Of a stretch of DNA of 64,000 nt, positions 28,706 through 38,620 are shown in pieces. The position numbers and the translations under genes were made by a program. Under the pieces are notes generated by a model, which saw nothing but the letters and a program-made list of their open reading frames with translations, made no database searches and was not told where the DNA came from. Every line of letters begins with the position of its first letter. Position 1 is the stretch's first letter. Source of the stretch: a virus (taxonomy: Duplodnaviria > Caudoviricetes); IMG/VR virus record IMGVR_UViG_3300010355_001062, positions 11,321 through 75,320 of that record; one strand, given 5' to 3'.

Positions 28706-30148
28706 TTAAAGGTTAGTGATTTTTAAATTGAAGCCTTGCGCGCCTACTGATAAGCCACCAACACGAATAGTTATAGCGTTACTACCAACGTCAGTCACCG
28801 ACACAGCAGGGTTGTTGTCTGTGTCCAGTGTAGCTGCATTAGTCAACGACAAAGCCCCAGAGTTAGGAATAGCCAATTTTTGCACAGTAGGCATCCTGAG
28901 ATCAGTTAAGCCGGTGTTGAATGGAGTACCCTCAAATCGAATACGAGTCCAGTTAGTCACACCACCAGCATCAGCCGATGATTGTATATCAGCAGCTACT
29001 AAGCGCCAGTCAGCAGCATGTACTGTAGTGCCAGCTGGTATAGTTACCGTAAGCTGATTGGAAGCATAAGACGCAGTGACACCCAGCTTACTAGCTGTGA
29101 TGAATAGATTAGAACCAGAATTAGCTCCTGAAACAGTTACTTGGTATGTGAACGGCCCAGCGATAGCTTGCACCACTGAATCAACAGGCAGGAATTTAGC
29201 TACGTGAGTTGAGCCATTCCATTCCCAATATGCTATTTCATCGACATTCAGTGTTAGCTCCTCTGCCGGCAGCTCATAGATATATACACCCGCTCCAGCA
29301 TTACCACCTATAGTAATATTACCGGCAGAGCCTACTTGTACTTCCGAGCCTAATCCAGCAGTATTATAAGCTTCTAAATGAGCATACATACCGCCTGGGC
29401 CGTAGGTCATAAGTACCTGAGCTATACCGCCACCACCGGGTAGCGTTGGTAATGCCGTAAGTGTGTGCTCGACTTGAGCCTGATCGGGCAGATCATTAAC
29501 GACTTTATTGTGGTATATGAATTCACCACCATTTGTCACAGAAGTCCATTGATTACCCCATCCATTATTATGCCTCCAATAGCCTGTGGATGTACCATCA
29601 TTGACTTGGCCAGGGTAAATATTATAGCGCATCACACTGGAATCCACGGCTATACTATCCGATAGGAATTGAATACCATCCGCCGGGAAATAGGTAGTTC
29701 CGCCACCTCCGATATTATCAATCAAGTCCCAAGCATACGCCAGATAGGTTTGCTGATCTGGATTAGTAAGACCACTAGCGAATGGGTTGATCAAATGATT
29801 TGGCCGTCCCTTAAAAATAGCTCCAGAGCCTGTAGGTACTGCTCCCACTCCTGTGATCCCTACATTAGAAACACGGACTGTGAATGACGGAGGTGTTGCA
29901 GATACAATTACAGTAATAGGCAAGAAATAGCCATAGCCGGCGTCGCCAAAGAATAGGATGTCGCCTACTTCGATCTGGCCGGAATCGTATAACCCGGACT
30001 CATCCGTGAATGTGCCAGTTACTGTCCAGTAGCCAGCACCACCGCCTGATTGGGAGCCGAAGAATTTCCCCACTAGAGCTGCAGTATCCTGCACCTGTGC
30101 AGTTAATGAGACACTAAGGAATAAGAATAACCACAATAGATTTTTCAT
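28706..30148 (-). CDS. fibre-like protein with signal peptide
   Basis: MKNLLWLFLFLSVSLTA-Q; N-domain shared with 26493-28703, C-domain shared with 30158-31894. Confidence 0.7.
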   Translation of the reverse strand: MKNLLWLFLFLSVSLTAQVQDTAALVGKFFGSQSGGGAGYWTVTGTFTDESGLYDSGQIEVGDILFFGDAGYGYFLPITVIVSATPPSFTVRVSNVGITGVGAVPTGSGAIFKGRPNHLINPFASGLTNPDQQTYLAYAWDLIDNIGGGGTTYFPADGIQFLSDSIAVDSSVMRYNIYPGQVNDGTSTGYWRHNNGWGNQWTSVTNGGEFIYHNKVVNDLPDQAQVEHTLTALPTLPGGGGIAQVLMTYGPGGMYAHLEAYNTAGLGSEVQVGSAGNITIGGNAGAGVYIYELPAEELTLNVDEIAYWEWNGSTHVAKFLPVDSVVQAIAGPFTYQVTVSGANSGSNLFITASKLGVTASYASNQLTVTIPAGTTVHAADWRLVAADIQSSADAGGVTNWTRIRFEGTPFNTGLTDLRMPTVQKLAIPNSGALSLTNAATLDTDNNPAVSVTDVGSNAITIRVGGLSVGAQGFNLKITNL

Positions 30149-30157
30149 AGTTGCTTA

Positions 30158-31894
30158 TTAAATGCCAGAGAATTTAAGGTGGTAACCCTGAGTACCAGCG
30201 GCTATACCGCCTATGCGCAATGTGATATTACCGGAACCATTAGCAACTGCCGATACGGCCGGGTTATTATCGTAATCAGCTGTAGCAGCATTGGTAAGCG
30301 ATAATGCTCCGGTAGCTGGTATAGCTACTTTCTGCACCTGTGGTATACGTATATCAGTAATGTCTGTGTTACCGCTAGTGCCTATGAACCGCACTAACAC
30401 CCAGTTAGTGGTTCCAGCCGCATCGGATGTAGCTTGCACGTCAGCAGCTACCAAACGCCAGTCAGCCGATACTACACGTACACCTGCGGGTATGGTTATA
30501 GTCAGCTGGTTGGAGCTATAAGAAGCTGTGACAGTAGTATTAGTGGCTACGATGCGTAGGAATGATCCAGTATTCGAACCAGTAATAGCTACGTTATACT
30601 CGCTTAGACCTGAGTTATCATCTACCCATTGTGGAACATTACTTACCCATTGTAGCTTGCGTGTGCCTACTCCCGGATTTGTATATGGTAAATACCACGC
30701 TGGATTACCAGTGCCACCGTTCAGATATAAGCCATTACCCTTTATGACCACTGCATCAGCTAGTGTAGCTACCGGACTCGCTTTACCCACAGCGAACCCT
30801 ATCTCAGAGGTAGTATTAGTGGGAATGTCCGAGCCTACGTAGCGTATATACATAGCGGCGGGTAGCTCTACAGTAGCTCCAGATACTAGAGCGTCACCAC
30901 GAACACTACCGACAATACTTCCAGCAGGGCTATTCGTAGGGCTGGCGTAAGTCCCTCCTATATGGCTAAAGCTTAGCTTGGGATCACCATCAGCGGCTCC
31001 TATAACAACTCCACCACTACCACTTGAGAATGTACGGCCTACTCCGAATGAGCCAGGGTCGTAAGTTTGTAGGTTGGGAGTATTTACAGTAGCCGACACG
31101 CCGATCATAGGATGATAATTAAGCGGATTCGCTACGCGTAGCACTACACCAGCAGCTGACGAGTCCAGCTTAAAATAATTACCTGATACGGGATCGTTAC
31201 TAGCATTGTAGTATACGATAGTTCGCGCTGTACCGCTAATAGTACCGCCGCCTCCACCGACTATGCTGGAATTTATGTTGTCTAGTACTGTTTGTAGGTT
31301 AGTAATATCTACGCCGCCTACTGTCGGGTCGTCAACTTTGCCTTGAGTAAAAGGCGACCATACCGCAGCTGAGCCATTCCAATTGGGAAACGAATTAACA
31401 GCTGCACCGGCTCCATCGAACGATATAGTAACAGTACTACCACTAGCTACAGTCTTTAACAAGCTACCTGTATTTACGGTTAAGCTACTGGTCACACTAC
31501 CTGTACCCGTATCACCATTAATAGTGAATGGGCCACCGCCTCCACCGCCTATGACTGGGCAATTACAGGTATTAATCACATTCAATACAGCACTTAAGCT
31601 ACCGTGCACAGTTTTGGTAGCATCAAATGTGATATTATCACCTGTATAGGATGTGAGTGTTACGAATGGGCCTTTTACAGTAGTGCGGAATGGCTTGTAA
31701 ATGAATTTCTTGCTATTCGGGCCCATGGTATACATGATACCATTACCGAATTCGGTTGATGCTAGGCCTGTCATGCAAGGTGCACATGCTTCTTTCGGTA
31801 GAGCAACGCAGCTATAACAATCCAAGCGAGCTGTCTGAGCTTCGCCTGTAATTAGTGTAAGCATGAAAAGCGCAAAGGCTATTAAATATTTCAT
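30158..31894 (-). CDS. fibre-like protein with signal peptide
   Basis: MKYLIAFALFMLTLITGEA-Q; Cys cluster, poly-Gly linkers. Confidence 0.7.
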   Translation of the reverse strand: MKYLIAFALFMLTLITGEAQTARLDCYSCVALPKEACAPCMTGLASTEFGNGIMYTMGPNSKKFIYKPFRTTVKGPFVTLTSYTGDNITFDATKTVHGSLSAVLNVINTCNCPVIGGGGGGPFTINGDTGTGSVTSSLTVNTGSLLKTVASGSTVTISFDGAGAAVNSFPNWNGSAAVWSPFTQGKVDDPTVGGVDITNLQTVLDNINSSIVGGGGGTISGTARTIVYYNASNDPVSGNYFKLDSSAAGVVLRVANPLNYHPMIGVSATVNTPNLQTYDPGSFGVGRTFSSGSGGVVIGAADGDPKLSFSHIGGTYASPTNSPAGSIVGSVRGDALVSGATVELPAAMYIRYVGSDIPTNTTSEIGFAVGKASPVATLADAVVIKGNGLYLNGGTGNPAWYLPYTNPGVGTRKLQWVSNVPQWVDDNSGLSEYNVAITGSNTGSFLRIVATNTTVTASYSSNQLTITIPAGVRVVSADWRLVAADVQATSDAAGTTNWVLVRFIGTSGNTDITDIRIPQVQKVAIPATGALSLTNAATADYDNNPAVSAVANGSGNITLRIGGIAAGTQGYHLKFSGI

Positions 31895-31920
31895 TGAGTT
31901 TGTGTTTTTAGCTAAATGAA

Positions 31921-31942
31921 GGGGCGCCAGTCGCGACGCCCC
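31921..31942 (-). terminator. GC hairpin after 31966 gene
   Basis: GGGGCG...CGCCCC. Confidence 0.45.
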
Positions 31943-31965
31943 CTAGTATAAAACCCGACTGTTCG

Positions 31966-32769
31966 TTAAGCGCAAACGAACTCCTCGCTTAGATCGCAAT
32001 ATACCATGAATACATCGTCGATAGCGGGCGGAGTCACTGTTTGCGTGTATACTTTGATGCTGTAACCTCCGGCAGCATTGGCAATGCTGACTTCTACCCT
32101 TTCATAGGTATAACCTGTCAAAGAGTCAAGCGCCGTAGCCATATCAGCTTGTAACTGAGTAGCCGTAGCCGCATCTGTCAGAGCTACACCGGTGTAATCG
32201 TATGGGTTATTAGCCAGAGCAGCAGTGTCACCATTATAAGTGACATCACCTACTACACCAGTCACCGTAGCCTTATACACCTGCAAAGCTACCAGTGTAC
32301 AGCAGCGTGTGGTACTAACAGTAGCTCCAGTGCTATAGGTGATAGACTTCAGCTTGGTCTTGCCGATGTGAGTGATAGCTAAAGTACCGCCACTGTAAGT
32401 GACGTCTACCTTGATGTCATACTCATAAAGCTCGAGAGCTTTCCAGAGGAACTTCTGCAATAAAGTAGGATTGGTAACAGGGATCAAGCCGAATGTGTCA
32501 GCGATAACTTTACCATTAGCCTGCTTGATCGGAGCAGTCGTAAGCACGGTGGTCAATGTGCCATCAGCTTGTTCGATAACGATACTAGCCACTAGCAAAG
32601 CGTTGCTTGTAGTGGCTGAGTATGTGTCCTCACAAGTGGGGATCGAGCTAGCTCCGCAACACCAATCGGCTGAGAGCTTAGCAAGATTACCAGGATTGGC
32701 GAGTGCGTTCCCACGCAGTCTACCAAATTGTTTTTTGTCCAGTAACATTGTTAAGTAAGTTGTGGCCAC
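31966..32769 (-). CDS. putative virion structural protein
   Basis: In virion module; Thr/Ala-rich; GC-richer codons like the capsid gene; 7 Cys. Confidence 0.55.
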   Translation of the reverse strand: MATTYLTMLLDKKQFGRLRGNALANPGNLAKLSADWCCGASSIPTCEDTYSATTSNALLVASIVIEQADGTLTTVLTTAPIKQANGKVIADTFGLIPVTNPTLLQKFLWKALELYEYDIKVDVTYSGGTLAITHIGKTKLKSITYSTGATVSTTRCCTLVALQVYKATVTGVVGDVTYNGDTAALANNPYDYTGVALTDAATATQLQADMATALDSLTGYTYERVEVSIANAAGGYSIKVYTQTVTPPAIDDVFMVYCDLSEEFVCA

Positions 32770-33101
32770 TTGCTAAGATCGCAAGTGACGATTTCACGAA
32801 TATAATTGGCATCGTCAGAACGTATCGCTTCGATAAGCTCCAACATAGTTACAGGCTCTCCCACATTTTCTTCGAGCCTAAGGAAAGATTTCAATTTCCC
32901 CTTAGTGTCCAATGGGCACCCACATATGGTGCAACCAGGCAGGACTAGAAGTGGGATAGGCTCCACTTTTCCGAAGGACGGGCACCCATGACATATGGTT
33001 TTCCTTTCTTCGAATTGTTCGTTAGTCACGAACTCGGAACCTTTGAATAAATGCTCTACTAATTTATCGGTTATCCAGCTCATGCGAATTCGTATATCCA
33101 A
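32751..33101 (-). CDS. small Cys-rich protein (DUF6171-like)
   Basis: RKTICHGC...GCTICGCPL..K...C..SKW. Confidence 0.6.
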   Translation of the reverse strand: MDIRIRMSWITDKLVEHLFKGSEFVTNEQFEERKTICHGCPSFGKVEPIPLLVLPGCTICGCPLDTKGKLKSFLRLEENVGEPVTMLELIEAIRSDDANYIREIVTCDLSKWPQLT

Positions 33102-33766
33102 CCACTTGCTTTAGTGCAACCACACTTAGTTTTTGCACAACCACAAGTATTGCAGGTGAATGCCATAAATCCAGCATAACAGGTGTTAGCTTTATTATCC
33201 TCCATAAATTCTACTAAAGCCTGCCATGAGAGCTGCACCATAGCAGCTGCTCCAGCCTGTAGTGAATTGTAGTCATGCTCATTAGCTGCGTCAAAATTAG
33301 AGGATTTATTCTTTATAAGTCCAGTGCCGCCTATCTTCGTATTAATGAAGGGTAAACGCCTGCGGACAGTAACCCAAGCTAAATAAGTAGCTAACACGGT
33401 ACAGAATAATACATTATAGCATTCCGTAGTAAATCTTTGCGCTAGCTCCCATTTTGTATGGTCGACAGGTAGGCTACCTACAGTTACTGCAATAGCTACG
33501 TATATAGTACCATCATAGACGACTTTATCGCCTATGTCATAAGCCATAGTATTAGAGTAGGCTCCAGCTGTAGGGTATTCAGCCAGATCATCCACCATAG
33601 CCTTATACAAGTCTCTACCTAAGCAATTGCGAGCTTCAGCAGTTTCGAATGTATAAAGCTGAGCAAAATCACATACCGGATGAGTCACTTCCAGATTTGC
33701 GTGCTTTATTACCAGGCTTGGAGTCATTAGTGTTTTTACCATCAGTAACTTCGAATAGTGGATCAA
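33080..33766 (-). CDS. probable head-tail adaptor with CBM5/12-like insertion
   Basis: Follows portal; insert YSNTMAYDIGDKVVYDGTIYVA...P.....W. Confidence 0.55.
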   Translation of the reverse strand: MIHYSKLLMVKTLMTPSLVIKHANLEVTHPVCDFAQLYTFETAEARNCLGRDLYKAMVDDLAEYPTAGAYSNTMAYDIGDKVVYDGTIYVAIAVTVGSLPVDHTKWELAQRFTTECYNVLFCTVLATYLAWVTVRRRLPFINTKIGGTGLIKNKSSNFDAANEHDYNSLQAGAAAMVQLSWQALVEFMEDNKANTCYAGFMAFTCNTCGCAKTKCGCTKASGWIYEFA

Positions 33767-35009
33767 GTACAGAAACTAGCCGAATGTCGTAAACATTCTT
33801 CCAGCCATATACTTTAAATATTTGGCGAACAATATCAGATGCTATATTACCCCACATTATCTGCGAAGGTTTTATGACACCTATATTTTTTATTTTCAGA
33901 ATTGACAAGTAGACATCACCACCGTTATTGGCTCCTACGGTCTCAAGACCCGATAATTGCCTATCCCAGTGATGTGCAGCATAAATGTAATCAGCAGCTC
34001 GTGATGTAGTAAACCGCAAATACTCGGAATCACGAGCTAGATTCAATTTCATTAATTGTGGAGGCTTACCACCGTGCGGGTATTGTACTCCAGATAATAC
34101 TTTAGCATTAGCGCCTTCAACAGTAGTGACTTTACGCATTTCGCGCATTTTCTCTTTGAATGCAGTTGTTCTAACTTTAGGGTCGTCTACCTGGCGCTCT
34201 GGTGGTGGCTCTTCGAAAGCCATTATCATTTGCGATATGAAATCGCTACCGGCTATGCGTACGGTTTGATCACCCGCAGCTACTTCAATAAACATCCAGA
34301 ATAAAGCCGATAGTGTGCGAGGTCTACCGTAATAACGTGAACCACGTGGCGAGCGTATATGCAGAATAGTTTGATAGCCATCCCTAATAGGCTGCCAGTT
34401 ATACTCACGCTCTGGCGTAGACACCCATATCAAACGAGGCGGCTTCTTTTTCCAGTAAGCCTCATCCCATTGCTCTGTGACTACACAAACTTTAGGGTCT
34501 TTCTTATTCTTGGGTTCTAGGAAAGCTACCTCGCGATAAGGTAGTACACTTATAAATACCTGGCGTACGCTATTTAGTTTTGTTACTTTGATCAATAGAT
34601 AAGCATTACCGCTATCGCGTAAAGAATCATCAAGCTGTTCTATTACTGATTGGTAATGTAAGGGTGAAAGGCCTAGTAATTGTAGTTGTTCTACGAAAAT
34701 GGCCTTTTCAGCATCCGTTATGGGCTTATCCTCGTCGGAATAACGTACGCCAGGTATACGCGGTGTAACATAATCAAAACCACCACCAAATACGTAAGAG
34801 TTGATGTCTTCTTTGCAAGCCTGATGGCTAGGGCTTAATTCAGATAAGTCGGCTATAACACGCAGCATACTATGGGAAGTAGCTTCACTCGTACCATAGT
34901 ACGGTATGATGCTATAATCCTTGAATAGCTGTACCATTTCGGCGGGATCATTGATCGACGCCGGTATCGGATTGTGTAGCTCTAATATCTGCTCGTTTGG
35001 CTGCATCAC
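33669..35009 (-). CDS. probable portal protein
   Basis: 446 aa; IIPYYG...LSELSPSHQAC...GGGF, GNAY and YYGRP motifs recalled from Bacteroidota phage portals. Confidence 0.65.
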   Translation of the reverse strand: MMQPNEQILELHNPIPASINDPAEMVQLFKDYSIIPYYGTSEATSHSMLRVIADLSELSPSHQACKEDINSYVFGGGFDYVTPRIPGVRYSDEDKPITDAEKAIFVEQLQLLGLSPLHYQSVIEQLDDSLRDSGNAYLLIKVTKLNSVRQVFISVLPYREVAFLEPKNKKDPKVCVVTEQWDEAYWKKKPPRLIWVSTPEREYNWQPIRDGYQTILHIRSPRGSRYYGRPRTLSALFWMFIEVAAGDQTVRIAGSDFISQMIMAFEEPPPERQVDDPKVRTTAFKEKMREMRKVTTVEGANAKVLSGVQYPHGGKPPQLMKLNLARDSEYLRFTTSRAADYIYAAHHWDRQLSGLETVGANNGGDVYLSILKIKNIGVIKPSQIMWGNIASDIVRQIFKVYGWKNVYDIRLVSVLDPLFEVTDGKNTNDSKPGNKARKSGSDSSGM

Positions 35010-35217
35010 TTTTACTTACTAGATGGGTTAAACCTTGCTCGAAGAGCATTTTGTATTCATCAGGTGTAGCTTCTGCTACAGTGTACTCGGCGGGTAGTTT
35101 AGGCGGCTGATTCTTCATCTGAATTGCTCCACCTATACCAACCCACTTCTGCGATTGCTCGATAAAGTACCGCCTTGGCGTTGATATAGCCAAGGCGGTT
35201 GGGCGATAGGTACTCAT
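34948..35217 (-). CDS. hypothetical virion-module protein
   Basis: 89 aa ORF coupled to the tail tube stop. Confidence 0.6.
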   Translation of the reverse strand: MSTYRPTALAISTPRRYFIEQSQKWVGIGGAIQMKNQPPKLPAEYTVAEATPDEYKMLFEQGLTHLVSKSDAAKRADIRATQSDTGVDQ

Positions 35218-35927
35218 TAGAGCGGTAGCGTGGCCAGGTTAATGTTAGCGAACATTGGTTCAGCGTCAGATTCACCCACCAAGATAACATCGTTACCTGG
35301 TTTCGTAGACCCCTTCAAGCCTGAACGGCTGATGTGAGTGCCGAAACGCAGAGTCTTTGTTTGCTTGATAAATTTAACGCCAGTCCATTCAACTCCTACC
35401 AAGCGTTGCTGGCAGTTATTGTCAATGATCAGTAAAACCAGGTTGCAACATTTAACACTCTTAGTGAACGCTAGACGCATGTCATTCGATGTACCTTCGA
35501 AGTTCAGTGCAATTTCCTGTACGTAGACATCCGTTTCTTCAGTCCACGTAAACGTGTACTGCGCGGTCTTGCGTTCAGGTGTGATAGGTTTCCACACTGC
35601 GCTTAGTAGCATAGTTGGAGTACCTATCAATTGCTGGGTTGTTGGGTTGAATTTAGTGGGATCAGCGGCTATGGTTACCCAATCTACATCGCCGAACTGG
35701 CACCAATAAGCTTCCTGTATGCCACCTGAGAGATTGCAGTCATCATTCGAGACTAGGGCTTGCAATTCACAAGTAAAAACACATAGGAACAAGGCATCCA
35801 GAGGACGTGTACCCGCTGATAATCCAGTTAGTGCCATAGCCAACATAGCCGTCGGATAGTCAGCCGTCAAAAAGCCACAAAATGTGACTAGTGCTAGGAC
35901 TATTTTAATTAGTTGCATTTGCTTCAA
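35217..35927 (-). CDS. probable major tail tube protein with hydrophobic N-terminal extension
   Basis: GGI..AYW, AQYTFTWTE, LIIDNN.QQRLVG tube-like pattern; position after capsid. Confidence 0.6.
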   Translation of the reverse strand: MKQMQLIKIVLALVTFCGFLTADYPTAMLAMALTGLSAGTRPLDALFLCVFTCELQALVSNDDCNLSGGIQEAYWCQFGDVDWVTIAADPTKFNPTTQQLIGTPTMLLSAVWKPITPERKTAQYTFTWTEETDVYVQEIALNFEGTSNDMRLAFTKSVKCCNLVLLIIDNNCQQRLVGVEWTGVKFIKQTKTLRFGTHISRSGLKGSTKPGNDVILVGESDAEPMFANINLATLPL

Positions 35928-35960
35928 TTAAAGGATGAATAATGCAGTCGGGTTTTACGT

Positions 35961-37151
35961 TTACTCGGTATACGCTTGAGCACCAGTTATGAAACGCAGA
36001 TCAGCAACGCCTGTAGCGAACATAGCCTGAGAGCTGATGTAGATTTTGCCCTGATCCTTGATGTCCATGCTTTTTTGGATCGTAACCGCGATCGGATCGT
36101 CCAGTGATGGAATATCGCCGAAATTGCCACCAAGGTTGATGTTGCGGCCCAATGTCAGGTAGGCGAAATGGTATTGCCCAGTCATGTACTGAGTATATTC
36201 ATTTGCCTGAGCTTGTGGTATGAGTGGTACATTGTCTACGTAGTATACGTAGATGGTGCTACCCTTCCAAGCAAATTCCTTACGAGTAAGGCGCGGGTTA
36301 ACACAGGTGATATTGATGCATTGCTCTCGGTATTGCTTAGCAGCCCGGTTGAGCATGCTAGGCGAGCAAACGATCATAGGGCTGGGTACAATGCCATTAA
36401 TCATGGTACCACCTAAGCCGCCTTCATCCAGAGCATTTTGTAGCGGGCCTTTCGCTGCTTCCTGCAACATATCCTTTACATCCACGATGTCACCTACGAA
36501 AGTGTTACCATCGAACATAGCGGCTGTGAAGAAATTGGGGATGTTCACATGGGAGTTACTGGGTTGAGCTCCTACAGTGCGCAGAAGTTCCAGCCAGCCT
36601 TTACATGTGCTGCTGGTGCGCACGATGAGGTCTTTAAGCTCATTGGTCACGCCGGCTTTCCAGGTAATATCGTTGAAATTGAACAATTGCCCAACAGCTA
36701 ACAAATTACGAGCGGCCATCGTGTAGTTAGTGGTAAGCACGGTGTACATTTGGTTGATGATGGCGATACCAGCCGCATCGAGCTTGCGTTGGCCATTATT
36801 CCAAGTCCATAGTACCTTCAAACAGTCATTCAGCAATTCGTCATCACACAAGCCCTCATTGAGCTTTGCGTAACACGGTGAGATTTCGGTGCGATCCATA
36901 CGGAGCGAGCCGGTTTCATCCCAACTACAGCTGGTATCAGGTTGCCACACAAAAGGGTGAGCATACATGCTGTGTAGCACGTATTTCAGCATCTTGTTGA
37001 ACGGCATCCAATTGAATATGCCGAAAGTTGCTTGGTAAAAATCCGAGTTGTCCCTGATCTCCTGGGCCATGAACATATTGAGCTCCCCTGTAGGAATCTC
37101 GATTGTGTTACGTGCACGAGTATAAAAGGGAGCGATACGCAATGGTTGCAT
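35961..37151 (-). CDS. probable major capsid protein
   Basis: 396 aa, directly after protease/scaffold, GC-richer codon use suggesting high expression. Confidence 0.7.
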   Translation of the reverse strand: MQPLRIAPFYTRARNTIEIPTGELNMFMAQEIRDNSDFYQATFGIFNWMPFNKMLKYVLHSMYAHPFVWQPDTSCSWDETGSLRMDRTEISPCYAKLNEGLCDDELLNDCLKVLWTWNNGQRKLDAAGIAIINQMYTVLTTNYTMAARNLLAVGQLFNFNDITWKAGVTNELKDLIVRTSSTCKGWLELLRTVGAQPSNSHVNIPNFFTAAMFDGNTFVGDIVDVKDMLQEAAKGPLQNALDEGGLGGTMINGIVPSPMIVCSPSMLNRAAKQYREQCINITCVNPRLTRKEFAWKGSTIYVYYVDNVPLIPQAQANEYTQYMTGQYHFAYLTLGRNINLGGNFGDIPSLDDPIAVTIQKSMDIKDQGKIYISSQAMFATGVADLRFITGAQAYTE

Positions 37152-37180
37152 TTGATTGAAGTATTAATGCCAGAAAAATA

Positions 37181-38533
37181 TTAAGCATTAACGCGTACGC
37201 GTTCGCCGAATGCTTTTTCTGTAACGGTTAAGTAATGATTGTTGTCGCCACCATCGCCGCTTCCCTCGCTATTAGCGCTTTCCAGCACTCTCTTCGAGAG
37301 ATTGGCTTGTGCTTCCTGTGAAGCAGCTAGCTGAGTTTCGAGAGCTGTCATGCGCTCCAGCAAGGCAGTATTGTCAACTACGGCCGGTTTCGTTTTCAAA
37401 GCTGCCTCAAGACGTGTAGTCATATCAGCTAGGCGTTCTTCCATCGGAGCCGTAGCAGTAGCCACAGCTGCGTTAACGCTCTCTTCGAGGCTAGCCATGC
37501 CCTCAAGCGCAGTAACAGCTTGTGCCATACCTTCATCGGTGCCTGGTACATTAATGCCCAGCACACGCAATAACTGGTTGCTGAACCTCTGTTGTAAAGT
37601 CATATCGTTTGTATTTAGGTTATTAAAGTCATCCTCGTCGAATGAATCGTCTTCGTTACGAGCGGCTAGTGCTGGAGAACTCGCACTAGAGCCGAGTAAC
37701 ATCGAGGTTATTTTAGTTACATCGCTATAACCATCAGCTAGCTCCATTGCCATTGCTGTATCTCCTATATATAATCGGCCCTTTAGTGTATCAAGGCTTA
37801 CTTTAGGGCGACTAGCTTTTACTTTCTGATGGAACACAGAAGCTAGGGCTGTAAGACGCTTTTCGTATAAATCCGTCTTACCATCGACTATTAATTGCCT
37901 GAATTCCTCATTTTTCTCTTGCGAATTACTAGCATAAACATCTAGCACATTCTCACGATATAACTTAAGCATTTCTTTATCCAAAGAAGCCATTGCGCCG
38001 ATAGAACCTAGGCTAGAGAACTCGCTTTGCATGAAGACTTTAGTAGCTGCGCTAGCCGTAAGGTAGGCAGCTGATGCAGCTAGATGCACTAATGCATATA
38101 CAGGTTTAGTAAGATTTTTGACAGTTTCGTGCATCAAAGCTCCGGCCAGGGCTTCGCCACCACCTGAATTAATTTCGATCAGGTGCCCTGCTACTTCTGG
38201 CATAGCATCAGCATTGCGCAAAAACGAGGATAAAGTCTTAGCTCCAAATGTATAGGAGCCGTCTTCCATGCGCATTACACCACTTAATGACAGATGGCTA
38301 ATTAATGAATTAGCTACTTCGGACTTACCATCAGAACGCGCTCCAGCCATATTGACAATAACTGGTCGCACGGCTTCACGAATAGTTGAAAACCCTAGAT
38401 CGGCATACGTTGCTCCTTTTTCTAGCAAATCAAGCTGTGCTAGATAAGCATTAAGCTGCTGTAGGCCCCATACGGGTTCTATTAGCCATTCAGCTGAAAG
38501 TAATAGCGCGTCTATCTGTCTGTTAGTAATCAT
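37181..38533 (-). CDS. S49/ClpP-like prohead protease fused to coiled-coil scaffold
   Basis: INSGGG, AASAAY, GSIG; C-terminal coiled coil. Confidence 0.85.
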   Translation of the reverse strand: MITNRQIDALLLSAEWLIEPVWGLQQLNAYLAQLDLLEKGATYADLGFSTIREAVRPVIVNMAGARSDGKSEVANSLISHLSLSGVMRMEDGSYTFGAKTLSSFLRNADAMPEVAGHLIEINSGGGEALAGALMHETVKNLTKPVYALVHLAASAAYLTASAATKVFMQSEFSSLGSIGAMASLDKEMLKLYRENVLDVYASNSQEKNEEFRQLIVDGKTDLYEKRLTALASVFHQKVKASRPKVSLDTLKGRLYIGDTAMAMELADGYSDVTKITSMLLGSSASSPALAARNEDDSFDEDDFNNLNTNDMTLQQRFSNQLLRVLGINVPGTDEGMAQAVTALEGMASLEESVNAAVATATAPMEERLADMTTRLEAALKTKPAVVDNTALLERMTALETQLAASQEAQANLSKRVLESANSEGSGDGGDNNHYLTVTEKAFGERVRVNA

Positions 38534-38557
38534 AAGTATGTATTATCGATCATAGTA

Positions 38558-38588
38558 CAATGATAGACAATATACCTGATAAATCCAA
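38558..38588 (-). promoter_or_regulatory. variant promoter for the head operon
   Basis: TTG-N20-TATCATTG, one mismatch to TAnnTTTG. Confidence 0.45.
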
Positions 38589-38620
38589 TAGACGCGATAT
38601 AATCTAGGGCTATTAGTAGC

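Noticed and set aside
26493-31894. Diversity-generating retroelement TR/VR pair
   Set aside because: Repeats differ at all bases, mainly synonymous positions, not adenine-specific; no reverse transcriptase in the window
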